A stretch of DNA of 64,000 bases from Takakia lepidozioides (Eukaryota; Plantae; Bryophyta). Location of the stretch: assembly GCA_030704615.1 (NCBI GenBank), contig CM060732.1:53010001-53074000 (forward strand), in the 5' to 3' direction. A program made the translations under genes and the position numbers. Under the pieces are notes generated by a model. It had not been told where the DNA came from. It saw only the letters and a program-made list of their open reading frames with translations, and did not search any database. Within the stretch, counting starts at the first letter, position 1, and each line of letters opens with the position of its first letter. Shown here piece by piece: positions 36,026 to 49,832 of this stretch.

Positions 36026-39000
36026 ATGGAGGGTCACGTGACCTCGGCAACCGGCAGTGCGTCTGCTACGTCCACCACCACAGGGGCGACCTCGACCAGC
36101 AGCGGGGCGTCGACCACTTCCTCTGCATCCACCGATGCCATAATCCAAGTCCGTTTCTCTCCCTTGCAGTGGCTGGGGGGAAGTAATGGTCGTGTTTTTT
36201 TTGGTGTCTTGGACGTTTCAAAGACTTTTGAAAGGGAGTTTTTTTTGGAATATCACGAGTTATTTTCGAGTAGAATCATCGACAGGAGGTGTCCACTGCT
36301 TGGGCAGCAGGGTTGCTGTTCCTTGCAATTGGAATAATTGCAGTTCGTGTGTGTATTGGTACTTTACCTGCAGAGGAAGGGGACTGTTTTAAAAAAGTCT
36401 TGACTGTCCCGCAAATTAGATAGTAGATGAGGTTGAGCAGAGTTGGAGGGGTCAGATTCCTGTTCTGATCGTCACCTTCAGTGCTGCTCCACCCGATCGA
36501 TTGTGAGTCTTCTTCCATACAAATTGACTCTGTCTATGTTATATCCAATTAGTCAGTGAGGATCCTACTGTAGAGACTGGAGTATGCATCCTGGTGGACA
36601 CTCCACACTTTGAGAGTGTTTGTGCCTGCAGCAAGTAATCTGAGCTTGGAAAGAGTGTTTGGGGAGAGTGAGGAGAATTGACTTCTTTTGAAAGGTGGAG
36701 GCTGGGGTTGAAGGGAGTTTATGAACTCGAAATCAGTGCGTTTAATTTAGACATTCTCTAGAGGTGGTGTGTTACTGAGTTAACATACAGAGATTTGCAG
36801 AGGTCATTCATTTGATCATCCATAGTTGCCTTGCTATGGCTTTGTTTGTTTGCTGTCCATGAAGGAAAGTAGATCTGTAAATCTTTAGCAAAGAAACTGC
36901 ATTCAAATGATCAGGGCAACAAGTCAGGGTCTGCACAATCTTGTTGTGTGCCAAAACAGTCTGTCCATGTACCAGTTGGAAAGAGCCATCAAGTGCTGAC
37001 TGAACAATTTCCTGAGAATCTTAAACAAATCCAGGCAGGCACTGTCAAAGTTGCAGTAAACCTGCACTTCCTTTCACTGTCAGGACTCTACTTGTCTCAA
37101 TTGTCTGGAATGGCCAAATAAGAAGCATTATTGACATTGTGCTGATCCTCGAGGGTTTATTCCTCTGTGTCTGTTTTCAGAGATTGATCAAGTGCGGGAT
37201 ACCTGCAGATTACTTGGAGAAGGGTCAGACAGGGTTTGTTGACTATTTGAAGGAGTATCGGTTGCGATTGCCAGCAGTTGTTGCAGCCCTGTTGCCAGGA
37301 CCTGATGAAGTACAGGCTGGTTCATCAGCAGGACCTGACGAGAGTCAAGGAGCTGCCAGGCGCAAGGAGTTTCAAAACCAATGTCGGGATGCACTGAAAT
37401 GGGCACAGTGGGCTATGTTTGAGGGGGAGCCACAGGCTGTGCTGCTGGAAGTAGGGCAAGCAAATGGTGGGTCAAGAGGGGTATGTGGAGCAGTCTGGGG
37501 AAGCAATGACATTGCCTATCGTTGCCGCACATGCGAACATGATCCTACGTGTGCTATTTGTGTGCCTTGCTTCCAAGCTGGAAATCATGCCGCACATGAC
37601 TACTCTATGATTCGCACAGGTGGAGGGTGCTGTGACTGCGGAGATATTACAGCATGGAAGGAAACTGGATTTTGCTCTAGACACTCTGGTCCTGGGCAGG
37701 TAGGACCACTGCCTCTTTCCTTTTTAGCATCAGCAACACCAGTGCTGGAAGCCTTGTTGTTGGAATGGAGAGGGCGTTTGCAAGCAGCGGAGCTGGTGGC
37801 TGAGGGGAAGTCCAAACGGTGGATTCTGCAAACAGTGGAGGAGAAGGTGGCGTCACAAATATCAGTGGCGTGCATAGAGATGTTAGTGGAATTTTGCAAC
37901 TGCAGTGAGAGCATGCTGACCTTCACAGCAGAACTGACAGGGAAGAAGAGCATTGGCATTTTGGACACTCTAATGCGTACAGAGTGCTTCTTACGAAAGC
38001 CAGTTATTACATCCCTACACGAGCTCTTATACAAGCTCCTGGGCGACACCTCTTTTAAGTACGCATTTGCACAGGCATTCATATCCCACTATCCTAAATT
38101 TCTGCGTGATTCTGTCACAGAAGAAACGGCAGCATCAGCTGGGAGTCCAAGTAGCAAGTTTCGTGACCAAGCCATACTCAGCAATTTCTCTGTGCAGATC
38201 TTTACCGTTCCGACTCTCACGCCCAAACTCGTGAAGGAGTCAAGGCTCTTGGATATGCTGCTTGAAACTCTGAAAGAGTTTTTCCAGTCTTGTGTTGGAG
38301 AAGACGGCCGAATTATGGTGTGTTGTGAAAATATTACACCTCATTAGTGAATCACTTTTGGGACGTGGACAGAAAAATATTTGTATCATGCAATGGCAGT
38401 TTTATGTGCACTACCTAACTTATCCCACATTTCTCTAATGTTTTGATAGTGGTGGTTCATATGAGCTCTCAGATTTGTATAGGTCATAGAGGCGGTAACA
38501 GAACCATTTCTGTCTGCAAAATTGGCTTAGGTTATGTAGGCACTCAGTTATTCTTCAGGCCCTAGGTTAACAGGTTGTCTCCAGTATTTGTGCAGTGATG
38601 TCCACCAGTAGGACCTTTCATGGAATCAAGGTGAGGCGATGTTTAGGGGTTTGCGTTCACTGCTGAAGATTTTGTCCCAAACAGTATCGTTGCATGATAA
38701 TTAAATAGCAGTTGTATAAGGATTGCTTGTTTTGCTTTCTGGATATTCAGTATCCCATGATATTGCAGGTGAGTAAGAGCCCAATCGTGAGCCGACTGTA
38801 CTTCCGGCCAATAGAAGACATTCGCTATGTGATGAGCCATCTGGAAGTTGCTCAACATGTTGCACAGGAACGCCCTGAGCTTGCGAGAGCATGGCTCCAA
38901 TTGCTTGCGTTTGTGCAGGGAATGTATCCACAGCGGCGTATTACGAGCATCCATGTGGAAGAAGAGAATGAAGATTGGGGTTCAACTTACCTCTTGGAGG

Positions 39001-42000
39001 GGCAAATGGCCACCATTCATCCTCTTTATGTGGCCGGAGCAGCTCGCTTTGGCCAGGATGAATTGACTCCAGAGAAGTTGCCTAAGGATAAGTTGGAAGT
39101 TGACTTTGGAAGAGCTGGCGGTGAAAATTCAGACAGTGATAATTGTGTAACCAGGCATGCTAAAGTGGGGCGTATTTCTAGAGAACCAGATATAGCTGAT
39201 GCTGGTAGAAGCAGCAGTGGACCTGATTCTGATTTGGAGATGTATGATGCGACGTCCACGGTGGATGTACATGACTGTTGTACAACTGAAAGTGATGCCC
39301 TGGAAAATGAGAGAGAGGAGGGCAGAGTAGTTGCCACAGAGGGGATGGTGATGCCAGCGGCGTTGTCATGGCTCATTTCTGAATGCACTCAAGTTCTTGA
39401 CACCTGGCTGGCTGTGGATGCATCACGAGAGCTGGCAAAATCTGGGGAGACAGGGGTTGATGCTGGTCAAGGGTCAGGGCAGCGAAGGGGAACGCAGTGG
39501 CGGGGTAGAGGGGGCAGGGGAATAGGCATACAGGCCCCTAGTGCTGAGCCACCTTCTCCTGCAGAAGACATGGAGGGAGGTTCAGGGAGAGGTGGGATGA
39601 TCCGGGAATGGCTTTGGCGTGGTAGGAGATCTACAGCTACTGATTATCGAGCTGTGCGTGAGACTAGGAGGGATCGGGCTCTACCCAGAGAAAGTGCAGC
39701 CAGTGGGCAGCAGGCTGCGGATATGGATGTTGATATATTGCAGGCAGGGGTTAGTGAAGCAGGACAGGCCTGGGGAATTGGTGGGACAGAATGGTGGATG
39801 GGTTCGGAAGCGGGAGGTCTTGGGGTTGGAGCAGGGCAACTTCTTGAGGAGGAAGAATGGCCGGCAGTTGAGTTTGATGTGAGCCGCCAAGAGGTGTCCT
39901 ACCACATCCCGCTGCATCGCATGCTGGCACTGCTGCTGCACAAGGCGCTCGAGCTCTATTCTGGCAGGGAAGGAAAGTCGGGGAAATTCTTAGTACAGCT
40001 GTTTCCAACCCGATTTCAGGTGTCCGGGTTTGCAGCAGTGCTGATGGAGCATCCCTTGCGACTACAAGTGTTGTGTGCCCAGGTGCAGGCTGGCATGTGG
40101 CGTAGAAATGGCCACTCTACGAGTGGCCTTTGTGACCTTTACCATACTGTGCATTGGTGGGTCTAGTCTACCCCTCTCTTTGCATAATGTCTTAAAACCA
40201 TTTAGAGAATTTTGTTGACCCATTACTTCCATTCACTGGCCCTCAGAAACAGTGATGGTTGGCGAGTAGTCGTTCCCTGGCCTTGTTGCCAAACTTCAAG
40301 ATGCAGGGGACTGAGAAAACCTCGAGGGAGAATACCGGGGAAATTGCCCCATCGCAATTTCTTCAAGAGTGGAACCCTTAAGTTCATTACTTGATTCAAA
40401 CCTTCACAAGGCTATGCCAAAGCACGTCTACAGTACTAAGACTCACATATAATACATAAAGGTTTTGTGTCTTAGGCTTAAGAAAAATGTTGTCGGTTTT
40501 ACTGTCCCTCTAGGTCAGATAAATATTCAACATACATACCATATAGTATGAGGGAAAAACCAGTAGATTTGCTTCATGTGGAAAACAGTTTATGTTCTTT
40601 ACGGACCTTCTTTGGCATGGGAGTGTCAGCTGTAACTCTAAAGGCAAGATGGAGGAATGAGAGGTTGTCTGTGTTTCTCTTCTGGCATTTGCTTGATTTC
40701 ATTGGAACAATGTTTTGTGATGTGATGACATCAGGTGTGAAGACAGTTTGGAGCTTGATTTGTTCCTTCTCCAATGTTGCTCAGTGATGGCACCGCCAGA
40801 AGAGTTTGTAGAACGGATTCAAGCACGTTTTGGCCTCGCTGACTACTTCACGCTTTTTCTTTGGCGTGCTAACGAGTATGGACTGACTGAATGCTCCAAG
40901 TAATTTTAGTCTCTTTTCTTGCATCCATGTGTTCAGGCTCTTAATGATATTGGTTGCATAATCATTCTTGCTCCATTATGAATTGGTCTAGTCACTTCAG
41001 CTGTTCATCTGGTGTGAAAGAATGAGTTTTAGTGCAATTCACTCAGTAGCACTGTTTGCACACAAAGTGATCAACTCTACCGATATATCTTGGCTACTCT
41101 TGGTTGGGCCTTATACTGCTGGCCCAGCCGTGGCCACGAATCCCCTCGGTACCGGCATGTATTCTGTCTTTGGAATTTTTTTGCACCAGATATCTCTCAA
41201 TTATTTTCTATTGGAAACGGACCCTGCCACATTGCGTACCAATATCTAATGGCATACTTGGATGCTTCTGGGGGCCAGATATGAACCTTTGTTAGCACAA
41301 GAATTGCTGGTGCTGTTGATACGGTTGGTATCAGAGCGGGGTTTTTGTGGATTGACCACAGCAGAGGCTTTGCGTCGGGAGCTGGTCCAGAGGTTAGCTG
41401 TTGGGGATGCCACCCATAGCTCGTTGCTGAAGGCTCTCCCTCCACGCCTGCAAGAGAGCAAGCATGTCCAAGAGTGCTTAGATTCAGTAGCCAAGTATCG
41501 TAATCCTTCTGGAATGCAACAGGTCAGCTCACTTGTCATTGCTGATAGTTTGGACAAACCCTCTGCTGGGTCTGACACAATCACTTTAGTACACAGTTTT
41601 TGTACTTTCATACTTGGGTACGGGTGTGGGGTAAGCTCATAGTAATTGAAGGTGAGAATGGCAGACTTACATAATTCTATGTATTCGTCTAGAAAAATCA
41701 TGGTCTCAAATGAGAATTGGAAAGAATGTCTTGTTGGCACTCAACCATTGTTTACTCTAGTGGGCTATAGTTATATTGCAGCATGTCAGGACAGGCATGT
41801 AGTAGTCTCCTGTCTGTGCATGACTAATTTTTAGCCGAGTGCTCAGGGATAATGTCCAGGGGATGCTGCAAAGACCTTTGTGGGACCTCACTTTTCCACA
41901 GTAGCAGTTGTTACAGTTACCAATTGCATGCTTTCTTCTTTTGGTTTGGCAAGTTCATCCACCAACACTGTGCTGGTGTTGGACAGGGTAAGTATGTGTT

Positions 42001-45000
42001 GCGAGAAGAATGCTGGCGGGAGCTGGATCTCTATCACCCACGTTGGAGCCCACGTGAGCTGCAGTCAGCAGAGGAGCGCTACCTAAGAGCGTGCAAAGCT
42101 CCTGCTGTGTTCCAACAATTGCCTCGCTGGAAGGAGCCATTTGGGCAACTGCAGGCTATGGGTCGTTATATACTCTCTGCAAGGGTTCATGATATGCTTC
42201 GTGCCGTGTTTTTTCATGCCGCCTATGCTGGCGATCTGTCTGATTCCCGTGCACCAGAGGGATTGCTCTTCACAGCATTCCATCTACTGGCTTTAGCTCT
42301 GGATGTTTGCGCTTCACTTCACCACAAACCAAGTCCTAGCAGCAAAGCAGGGATTCCTGTGTTAGAAGTTCCATCCAGTGGCCTCCCACAATCAGTTGAT
42401 CCCTCATACAGCTGTACAACCTCTACTTGCAATGAAACGCAGGAGCAGTCACCACTTCTGTCTCGTGCTGTTGAAAGGGTATTTGTTGGGGGGGCAGATG
42501 GAACGGTCTTGCCAGAGCGCCAGAGTCTGCTGTCTTTACTGGTGTTGCTTCTGCGCAAGTTCAGTTCAGGTGATAGATCCTGTGGGTCAGCCGGTGAAGC
42601 TGGCCACTACAATGTTTGTGACCTCATAAAAAGTCTGTTAGGGAGGTTTGCTGAATTGAGTAGAGGGTGTATGTATGAGATTGAGGCACTGGCTCCAGAG
42701 ATTCTGCACCGGCCGTCAACTGGAGGAACTCACAAGGCTGGTGCTTCTAGGGAGGTGGATACTAAGGAGCAGGAGTCCTTCCTTTCCGACACAGAGAAGC
42801 GACGAGCTATTGCCCGGGAGCGTCAAGCTGCTGTGATGGTGAGAGGAGAATACTTGAAGCATTAGCAGACAAATCTACATTCTTTTGAAGCATTTTGACA
42901 GCTTCAGATTGGTTTCTGATGCCATGATTACGTGTTGTTTGTCGTGGGGATAATTAATTGTCCATGTTTTGTGGTTCCCAGGCTAAAATGAAGGCTGCAC
43001 AGGACAGATTTGCAGCTAGCTTGCAGCCAACAGAGGAGAGCAGTGGTCAAGGGTATAGTGAGGAAGCAAAGAGGTCAAAAGAGTCGGAAAGAGGACGTTT
43101 TGATGGAATGTGTGATGATTCCAATGCAACTTCCTGTGCACTCTGCCGTGACTCTGCATCTGCAAGCCCTTTGTGTTTCTTGATCCTTGTTCAGGTATTT
43201 GAGATGCCTATGTACTTCAATTTGTCTGGTTGAGCAGCAGTTGGAATTGCTGCATCCAACAACGGGTCTTGGTATAGTTAGTGGTCTAATTTGAAGTGAA
43301 GATTATCTCCGTCAACTGAGAAAATGGGTTTGTCCTTGTGTGGTCAAAGAGTTAGCCTGAAATGAATACAATCTGTAATAGAAAGAGAAAAGTGGGCTCA
43401 TCAAACTCTATCACATCTAATCTGCTTCTCTTCTTCATGGATTTCTGCTTCATTGCCACAACATGGGTAGAGGTGGTTTATCCTGTTGCTGGGGCTTCAA
43501 TGGGCGAGAATATAAATTAGTGTGTGTCTTGTGGTCTTCAAATCAGGTGTCATATCTACAGGGATCCTGTATTTGCATACAGTTTTGCAGAAGTAGATTT
43601 ACATTTGTTGGGAAGGCTAACACCTCTTACGGTACTTGCTGTTTGCGAGCAGAAATCAAAGCTTCTTGCCATTGCTGAAAAAGCCACCCCCTCGTGGGAG
43701 CGCAGTTCAGCTACAGTTGCTGAGGCACCAATGGAAAGGGAAGGTGAGGTCTCTGGGAGTGGGATGGATGGTGGAAGTAGGGACATGCAGACTACAGCAG
43801 ACCTATGGCACTGGATACAGAATGCCTTAGGGGATGCTCAAACCAGGACACGCCTGCTAGAGGGGGAGGACCTTCTGGAGCTCCTTAGGAATGGGCTGCC
43901 CCCAGGCATACGGAATGCGGTTCGAATGGTCCCTGGGGTCATTGTTGACGCAACAGCTGCCCCACCTGCAGACACACAATCAGAGGAGGCAGAATCCAGT
44001 GGTGAGATTACTGAAGCGGACATCAGTAGTGAACATGGGACAAGTGAAGCTGCAGGTCTGTGTTCCATCCCTGTCCTGGAAGGTCTAATGTTTTGTGCTG
44101 TCGAGGTGGGAGTGATGGTTCTGAAGATGGAGCAAGAATTGTTGTTAAGAAGTCAGAGGGAATCCATTGTGAGTACTTATTGTTCAGTACAGGTGCTTCG
44201 GATGTAAATTGGTGGGAGGAAAATCATGGTGGGGGCAACCAAGAAGAGAACAGTACAAGCAGGGATGTAGCTATTGCAACAGTACTTGCAGAGTATGTTG
44301 CGGCTGTCTCCCGCATACCCTTGGACCGGCAGCGACATGGAGGGGGTGATTCCCCAAGGCAGGGGGAGGCAGATCAAGGAAGAGAGGGAGGTGCTGCTCG
44401 CGGAAGGAGGACAGCTGCACGGGCCCCACCAATTGCGGAGGCAACCCTGTATAACAGCATTGGAATAAATGACACAGTTGGCATCTATCTGTCAGCTTGT
44501 GGCCATGCGGTTCACCAGGAGTGCCTTGACCGCTATTTTTCATCACTTCTTCAAAGGTGTTTGGGTGTCTTTCAAACTATCATTTTTCTATAAGTCTTAT
44601 GCTTTGAAAGCTGATGAGAAAGTCCTCCTGTATTCATGCAACAAACTGTTGATTGTTGTTGTCCTCATTGTATCGTTGCACTTTCAACCTCTTTTGATTG
44701 ATTGTAATGCGCTGCCTATTATAGATTAAGTTGAAATAATTGCAAACCCTTTTTGTAAGGGCAGACTGAGGTGTTTGAGTTCCATTGAGTTCCATTTCTC
44801 TGTCCAGTTTGTTTAAAATTGTGTAACCAAATGTGTTTGCCTCGCTTGAATGTGTTTCAGATATTACAGCAGGGCTCTATTTGAGGGAGTGCAGATTGTG
44901 GACCCAGACATGGTATAACAATCCCTCTCTCTCTTTGTATAGAAATGGCACTCTCATGTCTTGTTCTTTAAAGTGGTCGCCATGACTTCATATGGTTGGG

Positions 45001-48000
45001 GATTGTCAAATCAGCTTAGATTGAACACAATTGATAGGGTTAACTAGTTGGTCTGCATGGACTCTCTTCTTGGTGTGCTTCTGGATGTATAGTGCAGCTT
45101 TTCTGACTGTTGGGATCTGCTGTGTCAGGGAGAGTTTCTTTGCCCTGTTTGTCGCCGGCTTGCCAATTCTATACTTCCAGTCTTGCCTAGGACCGCATAT
45201 CCAAACACACTATCCCAACCTCCAAGCAATCCTCAAATATTTGCAGCCAGCACTCCATCATTGCAGTTACAGCATGCATTGCAACTGCTGGTGAAGGCAG
45301 AAGAACTCGTCTCCAAGCCTGGGTTCCGGAAGGTGGTTGAGCTGCAGCTTCCTGACTCGGTGAAGGCAGTTCTGGAGGCTCTCGCGATGAGATTGTGTGG
45401 GTTGTTTTATCCAGAGAAAGACCACTTCAGCACTCTGGTTCATGGCCGAGTTCATCAGGGTTTGCTTCTCTGGGATGTGTTCCGCTATTCAGTCATCTCT
45501 GCAGAGCTGGCTGCCCGCAGCCACAAGGTTGGTGCTGGTATAGCGAGTGGCCTGGTGGCATTAGGGGAGGTCGGTGACGCATCGCGTGGTTCTGTGTTGC
45601 CTTTATTGCTGCATGCAGCCAAGGCCACACAAAGTCAAAGCAGGCAGGCTGTCCTCCTTCGGGCAAGGGGCATGCAACTTCTGCTGGACTCCATCGTGAA
45701 TGGCACCTCTCGGGAGTTGTCCGCAGAGAAAGCTTTACATGGTAAGGAGAGATGAAAGAAAGAAAGAGATTCTTACGATAAAGAGGGAATCTGTAACAGT
45801 TACATCGCCATTGTTGGCATGACTTGACACTTGTTTGGCTGGTGTGGCACTTGAGTTGTTCAGTTTTTGTTGAAGCACTCTGCAGTAGTGGGACTAATGT
45901 AGACCTAAATGTAGAAGTATATCTTGGATGACAGTCTTGAACTGAGCCCTATACAAAACTGTCATCTCAGAAGCAGTTTTATGTCATACATACTTCTGCA
46001 TGATTCTGATGCATTTGATATCTTCTGTGTGGGCTTGTAGGCAATTTCTCTTCACTTCTGCAGTACTTTGAGAAGGGGCATGATTCAGCTGATGTGCAGT
46101 TCTGGACTCGAATGGCAGACCCAGTGCTGGTTCATGACCCTTTCTCTTCTTTTATTTGGCTCCTATTCTGTCTGCCCTCAACCTTGCCAGCAAATGGTGC
46201 TCCATTCACAGCACTTGTACATCTCTTTTATCTGGTGTGCGTGACCCAGGTGATTTTGCTATCTCAAGCCCTTTCCATCTTTTTAATTTGTTTCGAAAAT
46301 TCCTGTCATGACTGATGTCCTTTTGCTCTCATTTGTGAGATACTGTTGCAAGTACCTCACACTGCCTCCATTTGCAAGTTTGCCGAGGATGCTGATTGCC
46401 TAATTGGAACCAGGGCCCCATATGAACATTCATCAGGGAGTTTTCTCCAGAAAGTATCAGCTCAAAAGTAAGATTACTGCGTCGCGTTGTCAATGCATGT
46501 ATTGTTTTGAGCTATTTCAGGAACCCATCTTGACAGGTGAAGAAGATGTAACGCACTTGTGTTATGGTGGTGGTTCAGGTCATCGCACAGGCTGGCGTAC
46601 CACAGGCTTTAAATGCTGACTTGACCCCATCAGCACATGCTTTTGTGACAGCTCTGCATGCAACTTTGGCAGGCACAGTACTGGCTCGACCCTCCTTGGA
46701 TGAGGGTACCGCTGATATCCCAGCTGGGTCCCCAGTGATTGTGATTCGTCGACTGACTTTACCTTTCCTCCGTCGGTGTGCTTTGCTACAAAATCTGATG
46801 TCAGGATCAACTCAGGTTCATCCAATTGCCAGGGCCCATACGTGGGAGCTTCCTCAGGGCAATGGCTTTTTATTTGAAACCACTCCTGCCTCAAGATATT
46901 TCAGGCATGGAGAGGGTCAGGTTTTGCAGGAGATGGAGGAGTTAGAACAACTGGAGCGAGCTTTCTCTGTTCCTGGATTACCAGAGTTGTTGGATCAAGA
47001 GGGTGTGCAAAGTGTAGTGTTGCGCTGGTGTCAGCATGTGAAGACTGATACAGGAATTCGCTATTTTCGTCATGGTCCCCGACTGACTACAGCTGCTCCC
47101 TTCAAGTTGATGCAGCTACCACATCTGTTTCAAGATCTTCTGCAACGGTATGTATGTTGGTCAGACATAAGTTAAACATTTGGTTATACTTTTATCTGAC
47201 AAATACGGACAGTCACATTTGAAGACTTGTGCCTGTGTTTGTACTCAGCTGTCATACATCCAGTCAGAGGCTTTTTCTGTAACCCATTCATTTAGTGCAG
47301 CTGACTTGATGTACCCGACCTCACAGTACCTTGATCATAAGTATACTGCGAGTTGGAAGCACATTTTTCTCACCTCTCTTTTGGTGAAAGTCAACTGATG
47401 TTCACAAGGACTATGTGCTTTCCATTGTTTAATTGGGATTTAAGTTTGCCACCTGTGCGTCAGTTGATGGAGAATGAGTCCCTAGTGTAGTCCTGACTAT
47501 TCCTGAGAGCATTCGGTGGGGGATACTGCAGAGTCTCCACCCTAGTTGAGATGTAGGGAGCTCACGTTTACCAGTTGCAGTTTTTCTTTGTTAGTGGGTG
47601 GGTGGCTGTAGATTGATCTCTTAAAGGCTGATGGAAATGCAAAGACCTGAACTCTAAAATGGATTGGATGAGTTTTGTGAGTTCAGGTATGTGAAGGAGC
47701 GTTGTCCACGGTGTAACACGGTACCAGACCGGCCAGCATTGTGTCTCTTGTGTGGGGCTCTCTGCTGTGCTGTTAGTCAACGGCCCTGCTGCAGGTTGCT
47801 TCTTCATTCCCTAATTTCAAGTGGCACTCCTAATTGAAAGATGATGGCAGAAGGGCAGGAACTCAGGCAGGCATCTATTAATCATTTTGGGAGCTCTTGG
47901 GAAGTGAGCTCAAGCTTTCCTTCAGTGGCCCTCTATTTGGAATTGTGTCAAAAATATCCATCCTTACCGGTGCTCAGTCTACCAGTGAGCACACTAGCCG

Positions 48001-49464
48001 GTGGTGACACAAGTTGTTGATCCTCATCAGATGAAATTCTGCATTGATGTTGTGGATAAATTATCTCTCACCAAGGTATGTTCCATGTAAAGGTTTAATA
48101 CTAAATAAAGGGTGTGCTCATTTGTACAGTATGAACCGGCAAGGGGAATGCTACAGGCATGCCATGGCATGTGGGGCTGGCATTGGCGTCTTCTTGATGT
48201 TGCGGGTTTGTTTTCTACTCGTTTGTGGACTTCGTTAGTTGACTTTGTTAGTTGTATTTGACATGTAAAAGACACAAATCAATATAACTACTTCACCTTG
48301 CTGTGCCATCTGCATGAAATGAGTTATGTTGTGGAACCTCTTGCAGCACCTCTTGCAGTGGGCTTTTGTGGCCCAGGGTGGTGGGGTATTCAATGCTCAT
48401 GGGGTGATTGTAGTAAGTTGCCATAGCACCAAGGTTGGCTATTCCTAGGTTTTTACATCATCTTCCGGTCCTCATGTCTCCTTTCATGACAAACTATGTC
48501 TTGCTGTGCATCCATTCCTTACTGTCAATAAGGGTATCGTTTATTCTAAATAGTGATTGGGCCTGCTGGTTGCTTGTGGCAGAGGACCAATATTCTGCTG
48601 CAGCGGTGTGAGCGACAAGCTATGTGGCCATCACCCTATCTGGATGCTTTTGGAGAGGAGGTAATTTCTCTTTGATGTCCCTGTAAGTATGTGTGACCCT
48701 CTTATTTCCTTAGGTTTGACCAAGCCGTCCGGATTATGGCATGACTTGCTTGGCCTTTAAGCAGCAAGTACCAAACCTTCTCAAGTTCTACAGGCAATGT
48801 GGATAACTGGAAGGTTACAGTTTCCTCTGTCCTGGTTTGTTGATGCAACTCAGATGAAATTTCCAGTCGCTTGATACTGGCAAAATAGTTGGGATCATTT
48901 GAAGGAATTGATGGATTCAAAATCTCACAGGAGGGCCTGTCTTGTCTGGTATGTTCAAAAAATTCTTGCTGCTCTAGTATTTTTGGTAATAGATGATTGA
49001 TGATCGTGCATGACAGGACATTGAATTGCGAAGAGGCAAGCCATTGCATTTAAGCCAGGACCGCTATGCTGCCCTTACTGCGATGGTAACCTCCTGTTCC
49101 TCTCCTTGTGTTGCTGAGTTTGCAAGTGCTCATGCAATCAGTGAAAGAATGCTTGATACATTGTCCCATGTTGGATCTTTGAGTGTTTGGGTCGTGGGTT
49201 TGCAAGTATTTCATAAATGCTGCAGTAAACATGTTATTGCACTTACTGGAAAAACATAGTCCACGTGCTGGTTGACTTAAGATTGGCAAAAATGTGTGCC
49301 AGAAGAGAGAAGAGTCATCTGACATTGTCTGGACGCAATCTCTTGGAGTTTTCTTCCTAACAGATAGGTTAACTTGTACGGTTGGAATATTCCAGGTTGC
49401 GTCACATGGCCTTGATTACAGCTCACTTGTGTTGTCGCACACCACCCGGGATACCTTGTTTTAG
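36026..49464 (+). CDS. PRT6: E3 ubiquitin ligase PROTEOLYSIS 6 (UBR1-type N-recognin)
   Basis: Multi-exon gene. First exon 36026-36148, second from 37181. UBR box (CGAVWGSNDIAYRCRTCEHDPTCAICVPCF...GGGCCDCGDITAWK..GFCSRH), VSYHIPLHR, EHPLRLQVLCAQVQAGMWRRNG, split RING (CALC ... GIYLSACGHAVHQECLDRY ... CPVCRRLANS), C-terminal WPSPYLDAFGEED, and last exon VASHGLDYSSLVLSHTTRDTLF* ending at 49464. Confidence 0.96.
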
Positions 49465-49588
49465 AGTTGGTTGCCTTGCCCGGGATCCTTATCTTCCTCC
49501 GTGACCGCTTGAAAAAGGTAATACCTGGATACCTCCAGTGACTTTGTGATGGATGCCCTGCACTAAAAAAGGGTATAGATATATACCC

Positions 49589-49832
49589 TACCTTTATATA
49601 GTACTACGGGAAATCCACATTAGCTCTTCTGCAAAATGTGGGCTGGTGGAATTCTAGTAGAACAGGGCACCCTCCATCAAGGCACGACTTTCTCCTTAAT
49701 GAGGGGGTGATACCTTTATATAGTACTACGGGAATTCCAGATCAGTTCGTCTGCAAAATGTGGGCTGGTGGGATTCTAGTAGAACAGGGCACCCTCCATC
49801 AAGGCACTACTTTTTCCTTGATGAGGGGGTGG
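49589..49832 (+). repeat. Tandem duplication, about 120 bp x 2, just 3' of PRT6
   Basis: TACCTTTATATAGTACTACGGGAA...TCTGCAAAATGTGGGCTGGTGG.ATTCTAGTAGAACAGGGCACCCTCCATCAAGGCAC.ACTTT.TCCTT.ATGAGGGGGTG occurs twice, head to tail. Confidence 0.92.
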
